Under the pieces are notes generated by a model. That model had not been told where the DNA came from. It saw only the letters and a list, made by a program, of their open reading frames with translations, and did not search any database. The position numbers and the translations under genes were made by a program. 42,186 nt of DNA. Origin: Octopus bimaculoides (taxonomy: Eukaryota). The stretch lies in the NCBI RefSeq assembly GCF_001194135.2, contig NC_068998.1:5714075-5756260 (forward strand), read 5' to 3'. Positions 11,763-24,159 of this stretch are shown piece after piece; positions within the stretch are counted from its first letter, which is position 1; each line of letters starts with the position of its first letter.

Positions 11763-12339
11763 GTGTGTGTGTGTGTATGTGTTGGATTATATATCCTTGT
11801 GAATGACGGAAACATTTGTGTATGTTTGTGNNNNNNNNNNGTGTATGTTTGTGTGTGTGAATATATATTTGTGAGTTACAAAATATACGTGTATGTGTGT
11901 TCTTATAGATGTTTGCGTGTATGTGTGTGTGTGTGTGTGTGTGTCTGTGCATATAGATGTTTGTTTGTGTGTGTACGTGTGTGTTTGGGTTATATTTTCA
12001 GTCAACGACGGAGAAGCAACGTGTAAAATGAACGAATCGAGATTCCGTTAAGAAATCCGGTAATTTTATGTGGGAGGTCGAAAAACCAATTACCATTGTT
12101 AATAATGACGATAATAATTATTATTATTATAGAAATCATTATTAGTATCATCATCATTATCTTGTTACTACTTCAGAAATCATAATCGCCATCGTCGCTA
12201 AAAATTAAATCGTTTTAATCGGCGTTCAAAACGGTTTATCCCTTATCTGTTCGAGTGGAGTGGAGATGGAGTGGAGTGAAAGTGGAGAGTAGAAGTGATG
12301 TTGAGTGGGGTTGATATGGACGAGAGAGAGAGAGATATA

Positions 12340-12375
<36 letters not shown>

Positions 12376-12574
12376 CACGTAGCGATAACGAGATTAACAT
12401 CGAGGTAAAAAATACCGAATTATTAAATAATATGCGCATATACATACATATTCATTCGTTCATTCATTCATTCATGCATATATACATATATACGTACATA
12501 TGTGTCTGTGTGCATACATGTATATCTGCATACAAACTTTCATCACCACCACCATCGTCAACATTATATATATA

Positions 12575-12747
12575 ACCTTTCTAATTTTGGCACAAGGCCA
12601 GCAACTTTGAAGAGAAGGTGTAAGTTGATTGCATCGACCCCGAAAGGATGAAAAGCGTGGTTGAGCTAGGCGGGATTTGAACTGAGAACGTAGAGTCGCA
12701 AAGTAAGCATTTTGTCGGACGCATTAATGATAACCACTCGTCGTCTT
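12575..12747 (-). mobile_element. SINE family A, diverged
   Basis: Contains ATCGACCCCGAAAGGATGAAA and GATTTGAACTGAGAACGTA, the reverse of the family A core. Confidence 0.65.
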
Positions 12748-13379
12748 AAAAAGGTAAAAGAAAGGTACGATTTGGTAATGTAGTCCTAGATACATTGCGT
12801 CTGAAAGAAGAACAACAACAAAAAGGAGGATGGTCACGGCTGTGCTGCTTTTGGTCTTATGTCTACTCTGTAAAGGCAGACCTAGGGCTAAATATCGTCG
12901 CCATGACTACCACCACTACCTTTAACACAACAACAACAACAGGTTAACGAGGGAAATGCACGCCTTCATTCTCCGGCGGGATGGTCCCGGATGGAATGCG
13001 TTTGATCATAGATTTACTCGTTCAGAGCTGGTCTAGGGCTTACGAAGCATTGAATAAAACACAGAATAACAACGGCGACAACAACAACAACAAGGTAGTT
13101 CTCTGATATACACAGAAGGCGCGATGGTCACTTTTGGGGCGCCTTCGATCACGTGTCAGCTCTATCTATTTAACCCCTGTTTGACCTGGGGTAAAATAAA
13201 ACAATAGCTGCAATTACGACATATAAACAAGCGTCGACGAATGACAAGAGCAACAACAACAGTAACAGCAATAAAGGACAGCAGTAACACCGAGGAGACT
13301 TCTACGTAGTTTCTCGGCCAGCTAGAAATAAGCAAATTTCCCTTTTATCACATACACACATGTGTGTGTGTGTGTGTGT

Positions 13380-13793
13380 GGTGGCGAGCTGGCAGAAACG
13401 TTAGCACGCCGGGCGAAATGTTTAGCGGTATTTCATCTGCCGTTACATTCTGAGTTCAAATTCCGCCGAGGTCAACTTTGCCTTTCTTCCTTTCGGGGTC
13501 GATAAATTAAGTACCAGTTACACACTTGTGGTTGATGTAATCGACTTAATCCCTTTGCCTGTCCTTGTTTGTCCCCTCTATAAAGAAATAAGAAACGTTA
13601 GCACACCTGGCGAAATGCTTAGCGGTATTTCGTCTGCTGTTACGTTCTGAGTTCAAATTCCGCCGAAGTTGACTTTGCCTTTCATCTTTTCTGGGTCGAT
13701 AAATTAAATACCAGTTGCATACTGGGATCAATCTAATCGACTAGCCCTCTCCCCACAAAATTTCGGGCCTTGTGCCTAGAGTAGAAAAGAATA
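13380..13793 (+). mobile_element. Two head-to-tail SINE family A copies
   Basis: 13380-13592 and 13593-13793 both carry GTTAGCAC..GGCGAAATG..CTGAGTTCAAATTCCGCCGA..GTCGATAAATTAA. Confidence 0.85.
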
Positions 13794-13796
13794 TAT

Positions 13797-14110
13797 ATCA
13801 TCATCATCATCATCGTCGTCGTTTAACGTCCGCCTTCCATGCTAGCATGGGTTGGACGATTTGACTGAGGACTGGTGGACCAGGTGGCTACACCAGGCTC
13901 CAATCTGATTTGGCAGAGTTTCTACTGCTGGATGCCCTTCCTAACACCAACCACTCTGAGAATGTAGTGGGTGCTTTTACGTGCCACCGGCACGAAGGCC
14001 AGTCACACGGTACTCGTAACGGCCTTGCTCAAAAGGTGTCTTTTACGTGCCACCTGCACAGGAGCCAGTCCAGCGGCACTGGCAACGACCTCGCTCGAAT
14101 GATTTTCGAG
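13797..14110 (+). mobile_element. Family D retroposon 3' end ((CAT)n-GTTTAACGTCC..GGATGCCCTTCCTAA), probably an RTE-type LINE or partner SINE tail
   Basis: Homologous to 15040-15215, 16115-16635, 36925-37085 (-) and 37680-37845 (-). The (ATG/CAT)n end suggests a retroposon tail. The clade assignment is an inference. Confidence 0.65.
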
Positions 14111-14594
14111 ATATATAAAAACATGAGTGGTGGGAGTGCAAAGTTCCTGGCTTTAAGGATACTGGGAAGGGTTAAGGGGGAGGCCCAACCTTCTGAGTTC
14201 TTTTACAGGGCTTAGAAAAACTGAAGGACCCCTGCAGTAAAGCTGTGAATCTGAGAGGGGACTATGTTGAATAAAATCAAAGATAATTGATCCTCCTGAA
14301 TTTTCTTTTACCCAAAACCAGGAACTTTTCAGCACCACATTATATGTATGTATGCATGGATATTTGTAAATAAGATGGGATGGTCATAAGTGGAATATCT
14401 TTGATCATAGTTCTGTTCATAATTGACTAGGGGCTAAACCACATCAGAAACTACAAATCAGTGAGGTGGGCCTCATATTCATTTACTCAACCAGCTAGAT
14501 ATAGCTGTCAAATCTCCCTCAAATAAAACATCTTAATGAATGTAGGAAGGCCATTTTGGATATTGTATCTTTATAGAATCCTAATTGACTTAGT

Positions 14595-14772
14595 GGAGGC
14601 ATGTGGCTTAGTGGTTAGGGTGTTGGACTCATGATTGTAAGATTGTGGTTTCGATTCCTGAACCGGGCGATACATTGTGTTCTTGTATAAAACGTTTCAT
14701 TTCATATTGCTTCAGTTTGCTCAGCTGGCAAAAGTGAGTAACCCTGCGACTGACTGGTGTCCCATCCAGGAG
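14595..14772 (+). mobile_element. SINE family C
   Basis: GGCATGTGGCTTAGTGGTTAGG..GGTTTCGATTCC..CTCAGCTGGCAAAA. Confidence 0.75.
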
Positions 14773-15131
14773 GGGCATGGCCCTTATGGGTCTACATGAC
14801 TTGGGAAGGAACTCTGCCTTAACTACCCCTGGGTAAGGGTATAAAAAAAAACTACACCCTTCTACCTAGTCATGTTGAGCCAGTGTGACAGAGTAAGGTC
14901 ATCAAACCAGTGTGATTTCCAACTCAAATTCATGGCCACCTCATGAAACCATGGTTGGTGGAGAGAATGTGCTGAAGCCTTCATCCTGCAGTAGATTGAA
15001 CATAGGCAATCCAATCCAATAAGAATCCTAATGATGTCAAGGTGGAGATTGTCTGTTTTGGCATCCCTTTTATGCATGGATGCCCTTCTTAATGCCAACC
15101 ACTTTACAGAGTGGACTGGATGCTTTTTATG

Positions 15132-15188
15132 TGTAGCACTTTTCCAAACATGTAGCACTTTCCCAAACATGTAGCACTTTTCCAAACA
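15132..15188 (+). repeat. 3 x 19-bp tandem repeat TGTAGCACTTTTCCAAACA
   Basis: Units start at 15132, 15151 and 15170, with one substitution. Confidence 0.9.
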
Positions 15189-16114
15189 CAAGTGCAAGCT
15201 CACCAATGGCATAGCTAAAAGTTCAAAAATAATTAATAATTTAATTATTAAAAATAGGATTATTAACGAGCAACTAAAGTTTTAAAAAATTCTTACTAAT
15301 TAAATTAAGAATTGATATATGTTCAAGTTTAAAATTACAACCACTGTTCTGTTGTAAATTTGGTAACCATGCAATTATTTTATGACACACCTTTTCAACT
15401 TATTTTACAACACACCTTTGAACCTCCGCCAATGAATGCGGCCCATAGAGACTCTGCAGTTTGATACGCCGGATCTAAATGCTGTATAAAAATGATTTCT
15501 TTGTAATTCTGTTCTTTAAACTAAGTCATCACATTTATGTATTTAGTAGTTGAAGGCATGTCCTCATTGAGCTGACAACTAAGCAAAAGTATTTTTCTTC
15601 AACCAAAGATGAATCCACTTTTTAAAAAAGTTTTTGAAGATAGTTTATCTTGGCCAGCAGCATTCAGTGTGTCCCTTCCATTTTTAAGACTGTTGAAGGA
15701 TGTTAGTGGAGAATTAATCAGTGACCAATTTTATATACATGTATATATGTTTTTGTAAATCTTATATAATATACTTTAAACACATACACACACACACACA
15801 CACACATCTATATGTATATAGTAATATTATTTATCCTACATTATATCGGCACAACTCGGTTCAATTACGCTGTTCAATTAGGCATCATTAGGCTGTGACC
15901 AGAATAATAAAATATCAGCTTTTCTTATGTATATTCAAATCATTTTTCATAAACAAACATAAAGGATATACATACACATATACATACATATGCACATATA
16001 TATATATATATATAAATATACATATATAATCTGTATATCATGAATATTTTACATACATATCATTACATGCATGGCCACCCCTTTGAAGGATTTATTCGAG
16101 CAAATTTCCCCCAT

Positions 16115-16635
16115 TATTTATGTCATCCTCATCATCATTTGACATCCATTCTCCATGCTGGCATGGGTGGAACGGTTTGGGAGGAACTGGTCTGCAGCAG
16201 ACCTGCCTCGGCTGCAGTTTGTCTGTTTTGGCCCGAGTTTCTTACAGTTGGATGCCCTTCCTAATGCCGACCACTCTATAGACTGTACCAGGTGCTTTTA
16301 ACATGACACCAGCACAAGCACTGCTATGTGGTACCAGCATGGGTGCTTTTATGTGGCACCAACACAGGTACTTTTATATGGCACGGGTACTACGGACACT
16401 GCTATGTGGTGCCGACACAGGCACATTTATGTGACGCCAGCATGGGAACTTTTATGTGGCACCAGCACCCATCAGCCCACAAAACTGGAATCTCTCAGGT
16501 GAGAGAGGCGCATGGGGGATATGCCTGTATGTGCGGTCAGTGATGATTTGACTTCACTTCACGTGTCTTCTCATGCACAGCAAGCCTGCTGGAAGTCTCA
16601 GTCCCTCGTCATCTTCTCTGTGAGGCCCAAAGTGT
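16115..16635 (+). mobile_element. Family D copy with internal degenerate minisatellite
   Basis: CATCCATTCTCCATGCTGGCATGGG..GGATGCCCTTCCTAATGCC, followed by repeated TTTTATGTGGCACCAGCA-type units. Confidence 0.7.
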
Positions 16636-16654
16636 GAATTTATTTATTAAAAAA

Positions 16655-16930
16655 ATTCAGGTTCTTATTCTATTGATCTCTTTTGCCACACTGCTAAGTT
16701 ATTACAAGAATGTAAACATACCAAAACTGGTTGTGAAATGGTGGTGGTGAGGAGGTGACAAATACAAACACACACACACACACACACACACACATGGTTG
16801 TGTGGTAAGAAGCTTGCTTTGGTTGGTCCAAAGCTATAGTAGAAGGCACTGGCCCAAGGTGCCATGCAGTGGGACTGAACCCGGAACCATGTGATTGGTA
16901 AGCAAGCTACTAACCACACAGCCATTCCTG
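16655..16930 (-). mobile_element. SINE family B
   Basis: Reverse copy containing GGGACTGAACCCGGAACCATGTG, with an internal (CA)n and the tail segment. Confidence 0.8.
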
Positions 16931-17502
16931 TGAAAGAATTAAAAAAAAAAAATGGGAAGAACTTCCTGTGATAACATAATCATGAAACTTAGAACATCAT
17001 TAACTTGGAAATGTGTTTCAGTTTTGAAAGAATTTCAGAAACCCAACCAATTATAATTGGCTGGGTACCTGAAATAATTGTTAATACCCTTGTGATGTAT
17101 CATTTGTTAATCTTTAATTCAAACATTACATTTTGTTGGGGAAAAGAAAGAAAAGAAGAATTATATGCATTTTAAATATTTTTTAATTAAATGAAGATAA
17201 TTTTATTTTTATGGTATTATTGATACTGTCAATAATTGCATTAAGCTAATTAATAATTTTCCTGTTTAAATTTATGTCATTTAAAAGAGTGAAAAAGAAA
17301 TATTCTCTTTATATTGAAATATAGTTTGAATCGTTAATCAGTGATTAATTAAATGGAAGCAATTAATGTTTAATCATTGTCTTTGAATTAAGTGACACCA
17401 CTGCATATCTGTCTATCTGTCTGTCTATCTATCAGCCTATGTATGTATGTGTATATATATATATGTGTGTGTATGTATACATGTGTATTTATATATGTAT
17501 AT

Positions 17503-18660
17503 TATTGGGTCATCCCATAAATAATGCCGTTTTTTTAATACTTTTTATTTTTCAAAATTAAGATAAACAAAGTTCTTTTTTAATCTAAAATATACTCTCC
17601 TTCATTTCTACAATGCTCTTCCATCTATTTGGTAGACTTACAAGGCGCCTCTTCCAAAATTCACTTGTCCGTGACAAAAAATACTCCTCCAGTGCTGTTC
17701 TGACCTCATCTACAGAATTCATATTTTTTCTGTCCAAATGATTTTGAAGACTGTGGAATAAATGATAATCAGAGGGGGCAATGTCCAACGAATATGTTAG
17801 ATGGGGCATCATTTCCCATTCAAAATGCTCCAACCTTTGGAATGTCATCCTCGCTCTATGTGACTGAGCATTATCCTGATGGAAGAACACCTTTCATCTT
17901 CAAACCAAAGATGGTCGTTTTTCTTCTTGCACTGACTTAAGCTGTTCAAGCTGCTCACAGTAGATCTTTTTTGTTATGGTTTGGCTGGGGTTTAAAAATT
18001 CAAAGTGGACTAAAACCTTTCATATCCCACCAAACAGATAACAATACCTTTTGTGGGTGAAGACCTTGAAGAGTTTTTTTAGTCAGGGGTGCTAGTGTTT
18101 CTCCTTTCCCTACCCACTGTCTTCAGCGCTTGACATTTTTATAGAGAGCCAATTTTTGGTCACCAGTCACCATTTGGTCCCAAAAAGGTTCATTCATGAG
18201 ATGTGACAGCAAAGAAGATCACACATTCACTCTCTGCATGCGATTAGACTCTAAAAGTTTGTGAGGAACCCACTGACCCAATTTGCTAACTTTTCCAATG
18301 GCATGCAGGTGTGGATGAATGGTTGAATGACCAAATTTAAGCTTCTCTGCTAATTCTTCAACAGTGATGATGGGATTTTGTTCCACTGGGGTTTGCCAAA
18401 TGTCCTCGTCGAGCTCTACAGATCTTCCAGAATGAGGCTTTAGTTTCTGGCTTGGAATTTCTGGAACCACCATTGACAGTGACTTACGCTTATTGTCCGA
18501 TCCCCATACATTACATCAATATTCTCACACATTCCATTGTGTTGTTGCCTTTATTGAACTCATAAAATATGGCGAATATGCTCTTTTGTAACTTCCATTA
18601 TAGCTTCGAAAAAATTACTGTTAAAATTGAACTGCACTCTTCAAAACTTGCACTAAGAAT
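17503..18660 (-). mobile_element. Decayed mariner DNA transposon; the 5' end runs into a gap
   Basis: TIR-like end TATTGGGTCATCCCATAAAT at about 17503, abutting an AT microsatellite, with transposase remnants throughout. Confidence 0.9.
17580..18598 (-). pseudogene. Mariner transposase pseudogene (D,D34D)
   Basis: Fragments in order: MEVTKEHIRHI, CQWWFQKF, ITVEELAEKL..GKVSKLGQWVPHKL (WVPHEL motif), VTGDQK, HQDNA-34 aa-APSDYHLF (YSPDLAPSD variant), EYILD*. Stops and frameshifts are present. Confidence 0.92.
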
Positions 18661-19379
18661 NNNNNNNNNNNNNNNNNNNNNNNNNNNNNNNNNNNNNNNN
18701 NNNNNNNNNNNNNNNNNNNNNNNNNNNNNNNNNNNNNNNNNNNNNNNNNNNNNNNNNNNNGTGTGTGTGTGTCTGATTAATGAGTTTTCGTATCTCAACC
18801 CTTTCCTTACATTTTCTCTTTCTCTGTTTGTCTCTGTCTCTCTTTCTCTCTCTCTCTGTTCTTGTTTATATCTCTTTCTCTCTGTGTCTCTTTTTTCACT
18901 GTTTCTGTCTTTCTCTCCCCTCCCTCTCTCTCTTTGTCCTTCTTTGTCTCTCTCTCTCTCTCTCTCTCCTCCCATTATATCCTTGTCCCGCGCCTGTCCT
19001 ATACTATGTTACCACTCGTTTCATTGATGGTCACCTCAGTCATAGACATCTCAAATAGTAGAGTTACTACTACCACTACCACCACCACCACCACCACCAC
19101 ACTTGTGTTTGTAGTAATACAGTAGTAGTAGTAGTAGTAGCCTTCTCAATGGTAACGTTGTTATTAGAGGTGGTCAGTGATAGATGTGATGTTAGTGTTA
19201 ATGGCTATTCTAGTAGTAATAGCTGTTTTGGTTGTAGTAGCAGTGGTGGTAGTCTCTTTATGTTATGATGTCGAGATGAATCTTGGAAGTGGTGTAATGT
19301 AAGTAGTAGTGGTTGTAATGATGCTGTCAATGTGGTGGCTATGGCAGTCTTATTACTTGTGGTGGTGATGGGGGATGTG

Positions 19380-20140
19380 TCTTCCCCCCACCCTTGTCTT
19401 GTCTCTCTCTCTCTCCATCACTCACTTTTTCTATTTGTTTCTCTCTGTCTCTCTCTCTCTCTCTTTCTCTCTGCCTGGTTCTTCCAATCTACTTCTCTCT
19501 CTTTTTTTTTTCTATCTTGGGTATATTGGTCTCCCTCTCCCTCTTACACACTCTCACTACGTCTCTCTTTCTTGGTTTCTCCAGCTCTAATCTCCATCTT
19601 TCTCCTTTTCTTCTTCTCACCTCATATTTTTCTCCCTCTCTCTCTCTCCCCCTCTCTTGTATTGTTCTCTGTCTTTCCTCCCTCCCTTCTTTATCTCTTA
19701 TTAACACTCTCCCTCTCACATCTACTGCACTTTCACTTCCCCCTCCCTCACTGTTTTGTATTGTCCTCTCTTTCCTCCCCTTCTCTCTTTGCTTCTCATC
19801 AAGACTCTCCCTCTCATATCACTAAGTGACTTCTCCCACTTTTCCCTTATTGCTTCTCTCTTCTTCCCCTCGCTTCCCTTCTTTCTCTCTTTCTCTCCTA
19901 CCTCTCTCTTTGCCTCTTATTCTCTCCCTCTCCCTCCCCTCCGTATGCTTCTGATTTATTACACTTCTGTCATCCTCTCACTCCAACTAAATCACTCGTT
20001 TATAATCTCTCTCTCACTCTCTCTCTCCTCCTCCTATTCCCTTCCTCTTTCTCTCTATGTCGTGTTTATAGCTTCTCTCACTCATCCCCATTATTTCTCT
20101 TCCTCTCTCTATTACTGCTTCTCCTCCTCCTTTCTCACTT
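19380..20140. repeat. Long pyrimidine (CT-rich) low-complexity tract; similar tracts at 18790-18970, 31760-32190 and 32530-32895, purine tracts at 8160-8330 and 38990-39290
   Basis: Seen directly. Confidence 0.9.
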
Positions 20141-20505
20141 TGGCTTTGTGGTGGTAGGAGAAGATTTTGTTTGGATTGAAAACACAAACTCGTCTGCATT
20201 TCATTCATTTGCGTTTGTGTGTACGTGTGTGTGTTTGTTTATGTATCTGTGTATATGTTTATGCGTGTGTGTGTGTACACATGTTTGTACACCAGTGTGC
20301 GTATGTACGCGTGTGTATTCTTGTGAGTATATTTGTATGTGTGAGAAGAGTGTATGTTTGTTTGTACATGTTAATACATGCGTGTGTGTATGTTTATACA
20401 CTTGTGCGTGTGCACATGTTTGAACATGTGCGCGTGTCTATATTTCTATGTATGAATGTGTGCGTATGTATGTACGTGTGTGTGTGTGCGTATGTATGTA
20501 TGTAC

Positions 20506-20537
<32 letters not shown>

Positions 20538-20942
20538 GAATTGAACATCAATATTGCCAGCGGCCAGTTGGAAGAGTGGAAGACAGCCGTCTTCCGGACG
20601 AGTAAATCTGCGACCTGGTTTCCATTCCCGGCTGGTGCTTTTTACATTTCATTTGCGTTGCTTTATGCATCTTAGAAAAGGAATAAACTGTTATTCAATC
20701 CTTAACTCTGCAAAGTAACGACATATAATCTACGTAAATCGTGTGTTGGCATAACAGACCCCAATATATTTTATTGCCATTGTTTTCGTTGTTGTTTAGC
20801 CCCAGAAAGCTCATTACCGATCAGAGGTGTTCCGGCCATGACCATCTCGTTTATAATGGAAGCAGAGTATATTTTAGACCTACAGCGAGTCCTTCTGTTT
20901 TGAGGACAGTCCAGTGTGTATGATCCGAGGGAAATTTTAGGC

Positions 20943-21019
20943 GCAGGCGTGGCTGTGTGGTAAGAAGCTTGCTTCCCAACCACATGGTTCCGGGTTCAGT
21001 CCAACTGCGTGGCACCTTA
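20943..21019 (+). mobile_element. SINE family B, head only
   Basis: GGCGTGGCTGTGTGGTAAGAAGCTTGCTTCCCAACCACATGGTTCCGGGTTCAGTCC. Confidence 0.8.
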
Positions 21020-21174
21020 TGCTGATGACATTGCCAAATTGAACAATATTATCGGAAGGTGTTGAAACCGTGATATTTGGTAGATAACTGATGCGGAGCT
21101 GAGCATGTCCGCATCCGTTGTGTGTGTTTGTTCCTGTTTTCCGTACGGTCCATGTGCCATATTATTTATTATTA

Positions 21175-21711
21175 TTATCGAGTGAGAGAGCAGTGCATGC
21201 CATCAAAGTGACATTGGGGTAAAATATACGATGCCCATCATGACTACCCATCTGATAAGGATACACCAGGTACATGTATCATCACCATATGTGCGCGACA
21301 TGGTGATCTCATATCAAGATTAACAGCGCATGACCTTGCAGGTGGGGCCCAATTAGAATTTGTTTCAGGTCGAGTAGCCCATCCTGCTCAAAAGTTCCCT
21401 GAATAAGAGCTGTTTAAGGATGATGAACAAAACACCCAGGTTTCCAAAGGTGAATTATTCAAACTCCAAAGAATTCCTCTCAATACATGGCTATGATGCT
21501 CCCCGACTATTTCTGCTCGTGATCAGAGATGCACATATCGTCAGCCACCAAGGGACATGCTCATCTGGCTATGGTCAAGCATCTGACAAGCAAATCCGTG
21601 GTATTGAGCAGAATATTTGTTGTAACCATTCTTTTATACCAAGACAAAACAATGTACATGATAACACTTCCAATCAGTTAAGATCAGAAGCCATGAGAGC
21701 CACTGCCTGGT
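21175..21711 (-). mobile_element. About 540-bp fragment of a dispersed octopod repeat (probable LINE UTR)
   Basis: GC-elevated block with sharp borders against (ATT)n and (TAA)n. I recognise it from memory as a high-copy octopus repeat; there is no second copy in this window to confirm it. Confidence 0.45.
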
Positions 21712-22069
21712 AATAATAATTTATTCATACACACTGTATGGCTGGCGGGGAAAAATACTGCTGGAAGAAAACACCACTGCTTGTTTTCCATAGAAATGCG
21801 GCCGGGTCTCGTGTAGTTAATTAATGGAGTGATGTTGAAAAAAAATGTTTAATCAACTGAGATGATCTATGTTAATTAGTAGAATCTTGACATTAAGAAA
21901 TGTCTCCTTGGCTGTTTTAGTGAATTACAATTGTTGAAATGTTGGTGGAAATGCCGCCAGCTTTACGACAAGATTAAATATGGTGGATTGGTAATTAACT
22001 GTGTAAAGAAATTGGTAATTATATATAATGTGTATGTATGTATTTCTCTCTCTCTCTCANNNNNNNNNN

Positions 22070-22136
<67 letters not shown>

Positions 22137-23218
22137 GGCAAAAATTATTAAATCAATAGTTTATACCAGTGGTTAGCATGCATAATAAAAGTGAGAAGAC
22201 AAACATTTTTATATATAAAAGGGTATAAGAATTCTTATACGCTATGATATATATATATATTATTTATATGAGAGAGAGAAAGGACAAATTATGATAAACA
22301 CAAGTTTATATTCGTTTTTCCCTACGTACTTTTCACCGTTGTGGTTGTTTGGAAACTCTGAACTGGATGTTCTAAGTGCAGTTGGATGCATAACCAAAAC
22401 AGATCATCGGAGGGTGGGGGGCACTTTGTTGTATTATGTTACGCACGCTCCAAGCATGCAATGGCATTTTCCTCCAGCGGTACTTTCCCGCCAACCATAG
22501 TGTGTGTGTTTGTGTGTTGTTTCATTTGAAGCGATAAATTATAGGACTCAATACAAATGTAATGTATTCTGTAATACATTATATCCGAAAGGTTCCGATT
22601 TCCACTACTCCAAGTTGCTTGTTTTTGATCTTCAGCTGGTAAAAAAAAAAAAAAAAGCCTGGTTTTCTTTTGAATATCATGACTTCGATTGTATAGAGTT
22701 TATGACGTTTATAATAATTACTACCACGATAACCAGAAATAAAGTAAGAAGGCGTGAGCTTAAAGTAGTCATTGACACACGTGTCGTTCACAAAAGTTTT
22801 TAAACGAAAGAACAATAAAGATAGGCATTTCCTTCAAACTTCCATTTCATATTTCAAGAAAACATTCAGACAATGGATATGCCAAATAAAACCAATCTCA
22901 GTTTATGAGCTGATGATTGGAAATGGGCAACTATGAGTAGTAGAAATCAGAGCCTTCCACTTATAATGTATACAATGTTTGTGTGTGTGTAACGAAAGAC
23001 AAAAGCAGGACATCCTAGTACGAAGCAAACGTGCCCCCCACCACCACACAAAGATACTAGATAGGATTATTGAACAATGTATCGTTTAGATTTTCCACAG
23101 CTACTAATTGCCTGGTTAATCTCACTTAATCGATGTTACTCAACTCACTCTATGAAACATGTGAGACCTTTTGCTGTGTCTGAGGGTTATTATAATAAGA
23201 CGCTGGAAGAAGATAAAT

Positions 23219-23386
23219 GTAGGCGCAAGTGTAGCTTTGTGGTAAGAAGTTCGCTTCCTAGCTACAGGGTTCCAAGTTTAGTCCTACTGCGTGGCATCTT
23301 GGGAAAGTGTTTTCTACCATAGCCTCGAGCTGACCGAAGCCTTGTGAGTGGATTTGGTAGCCGGAAACTGAAAGATGCCCGTCGTG
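23219..23386 (+). mobile_element. SINE family B
   Basis: Aligns to 1553-1700. Confidence 0.8.
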
Positions 23387-23394
23387 TGTATATG

Positions 23395-23426
<32 letters not shown>

Positions 23427-23610
23427 CAAAGATGCAAAAACGACGTACTCCGAGGGAATTCAAAGTTGTGGCGTAATCCAGTGTAGGGAAATCCAAGAAT
23501 TAGGTACTCCAAATCACCGCCGGAACGACGTAGAAGATTCGTGTGAGCGGGCGATAATAGGCAAATCGAAAGTAAAAAAAAAAAAATCAATAGGACCTAC
23601 ACAATGAATA

Positions 23611-23790
23611 TATTAGGTTGGCGCTCAGTTTAAGATGGAAAAGCACGTGCGTGGTTACAATCAATTGCGTGCTTTTCTTGGACTATGTTTTCTTTCTCTC
23701 CGGATATTTCCTCTTTCTGACGAAGAGCCCCGGCTCGAAACGTTGTACACCCACTTTTTTTGCCATCCTAAATTGAGTGTCAACCTAATA
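23611..23790. mobile_element. Mariner/Tc1-type MITE (about 32-bp TIRs, TA flanks)
   Basis: Left end TATTAGGTTGGCGCTCAGTTTAAGATGGAAAA; right end reverse complement TATTAGGTTGACACTCAATTTAGGATGGCAAAA. TA lies at 23609-23610 and 23791-23792. Confidence 0.8.
23713..23745 (+). ncRNA. Minimal hammerhead motif with intact core inside the MITE
   Basis: CUUU-CUGACGA-A-GAGC-CCCG-GCUC-GAAA-CG-UU^G. Core, stem II and the ACGU palindrome are intact. The 3' strand of stem I is lost. Confidence 0.55.
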
Positions 23791-23859
23791 TAGTCATTGT
23801 GCAAGTCCTATTGACTTTTGTTGTTTAGTTTTTTATTTTCGTTTTGCCCATATAAACAG

Positions 23860-23891
<32 letters not shown>

Positions 23892-24159
23892 AGTTCAAAA
23901 AAGGAAAAAGACAAGAAAACAACAACAAAAAACAACGCGAGGACGTGATACAGATTGTGTTAGTAGGCGCTTGTTAGGATCAGGTGTCTTTATATTGGAA
24001 AGGATGGTAGATTCGTTGACATGTGTCTTCAAATTGTTTAAATATTTTGTGTATTATGGAAAGAAATATAACCAGTTCATTGTAGATAAATTTTAACAAC
24101 AAGATCTTATCAGGACCCTGGTTGAGAACTGCTGTCCTAGTGGATCATCGCGATCCTCG

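Noticed and set aside
15132-16460. CRISPR-like repeat array
   Set aside because: Eukaryotic context; the units are contiguous or degenerate, with no unique equal-length spacers.
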